Below, in pieces: positions 63,256 through 64,000 of a stretch of DNA of 64,000 nt. Location: contig CBFDEM010000038.1 in the NCBI GenBank assembly GCA_965603825.1, positions 496,001 to 560,000 of the forward strand. The letters run 5' to 3'. How positions within the stretch are numbered: the stretch's first letter is position 1; each line of letters opens with the position of its first letter. The position numbers and the translations under genes were made by a program. The notes beneath the pieces are model-generated. The model was not told the origin of the DNA, ran no database searches, and saw only the letters and a program-made list of their open reading frames with translations. Source of the stretch: Blepharisma stoltei ATCC 30299. Taxonomy: Eukaryota > Protista > Ciliophora.

Positions 63256-64000
63256 AAGATATTCAACTCATCAGCAGAGACTGGGTTTGACATGAAGAGC
63301 GGGATAGCAGGTTTTGGAATGTGCAGAGTCTCAGAAAATCTATTGAGAGCAGTGTACAACTTGAAAATCAACTCATCACAACCAACACTTCAGGCAATAA
63401 TGAATTAGATCCCGGACTCTTTATTAAAGACAGGATAAATTCAAATATTCACTGTTCTTAACTCGGAGGAAACGAAACTTGAAAAATCAGTATGTGAATG
63501 GCGAAATTGAGCTTGGCCTCATTCCCCAGGGTTATTTGGTTGAAAGACTCATAGCATGCGGTATTTCAGCTTTCCACATACTGGTGCTTGCGGCTAGGTT
63601 GAAGAAGGCGACTTTGTCAGAAGTGTGGATAGGAGGGAAAATAGTAGAGAAGGTATCCACCCCGAGGGAGGTAAGAAATACATCCTTGAAGAAGCATTCA
63701 GAGGAGACTTTGGCCTCATCAAGGCTTAGAAATCAAACACTGAGGGCAGCTTGATTTACAGAAAGACTGCCAGGAATTTCAACCTTGACATTGCTGGGTC
63801 TTCAAAATAACGATTGTAGAAGTCAAGAAGAAATCGTCCCTGCTGGCACTGTCGACCCAGTTCATATAATCGTTAAAGGTGAGTATTTTGAAAAGCCTAT
63901 GAAAGGCTGGGTCTCAATACTGGAGATGAAATCGAGCTTCCTGGGACTCCTGAACAAATCAGGAAGCGTGAGAGAATTGACAAAAGAGTTTCCAAAGAAA
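63256..64000 (+). pseudogene. OXCT: Succinyl-CoA:3-oxoacid CoA-transferase (SCOT/OXCT) pseudogene, running off the window end
   Basis: Ordered SCOT motifs in shifting frames: AGFGMCRVSENLL, QYVNGEIELGLIPQGYLVERL, GKKYILEEAFRGDFGLIKA*, IYRKTARNFNL, EEIVPAGTVDP, RERIDKRV. Internal TAA/TAG. Confidence 0.85.

Noticed and set aside
63479-63754. 91-aa ORF as an independent gene
   Set aside because: It is one frame segment of the OXCT pseudogene.
63300-64000. Non-LTR retrotransposon APE endonuclease (WNVQSL, ETW and GDF-like words)
   Set aside because: The motif spacing is wrong, and the region is far better explained by ordered SCOT/OXCT motifs.

Overview
Gene-dense, AT-rich eukaryotic DNA, most likely macronuclear DNA of a heterotrich ciliate of the Blepharisma type (inferred, not searched). 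UGA encodes Trp: in-frame TGA falls at conserved Trp positions and aligns with TGG in paralogs, and every apparent gene end is TAA or TAG. The eight clear introns are all 15-nt GTAA...A..TAG units. The supplied standard-code ORF track therefore fragments most genes and misses several. Re-read with UGA=Trp, the window holds about 30 genes: a PH-CAMK kinase, cGMP-dependent kinase, NEK kinase, ankyrin-AGC kinase, P4-ATPase flippase, divergent PCNA, two-RRM protein, CNBD K+ channel with a CCHC knuckle, PAS multi-pass membrane protein, mitochondrial carrier, truncated haemoglobin, ENTH protein, full-length Dicer, CCDC81-like protein and a USP. There are also two fast-evolving families. One is a UBA-like/RING-H2 family in two tandem clusters with decaying copies. 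The other is a modular family in which one shared N-terminal C5H3 zinc-finger plus coiled-coil module is joined to Kelch, TPR or Kelch+TPR C-termini. The last ~6 kb is rich in decayed genes, including a succinyl-CoA:3-oxoacid CoA-transferase pseudogene. Two genes are split by short non-intron insertions (80 bp and 49 bp) whose removal restores the reading frame. No tRNA, rRNA, CRISPR array, telomeric repeat or intact transposon was recognised.
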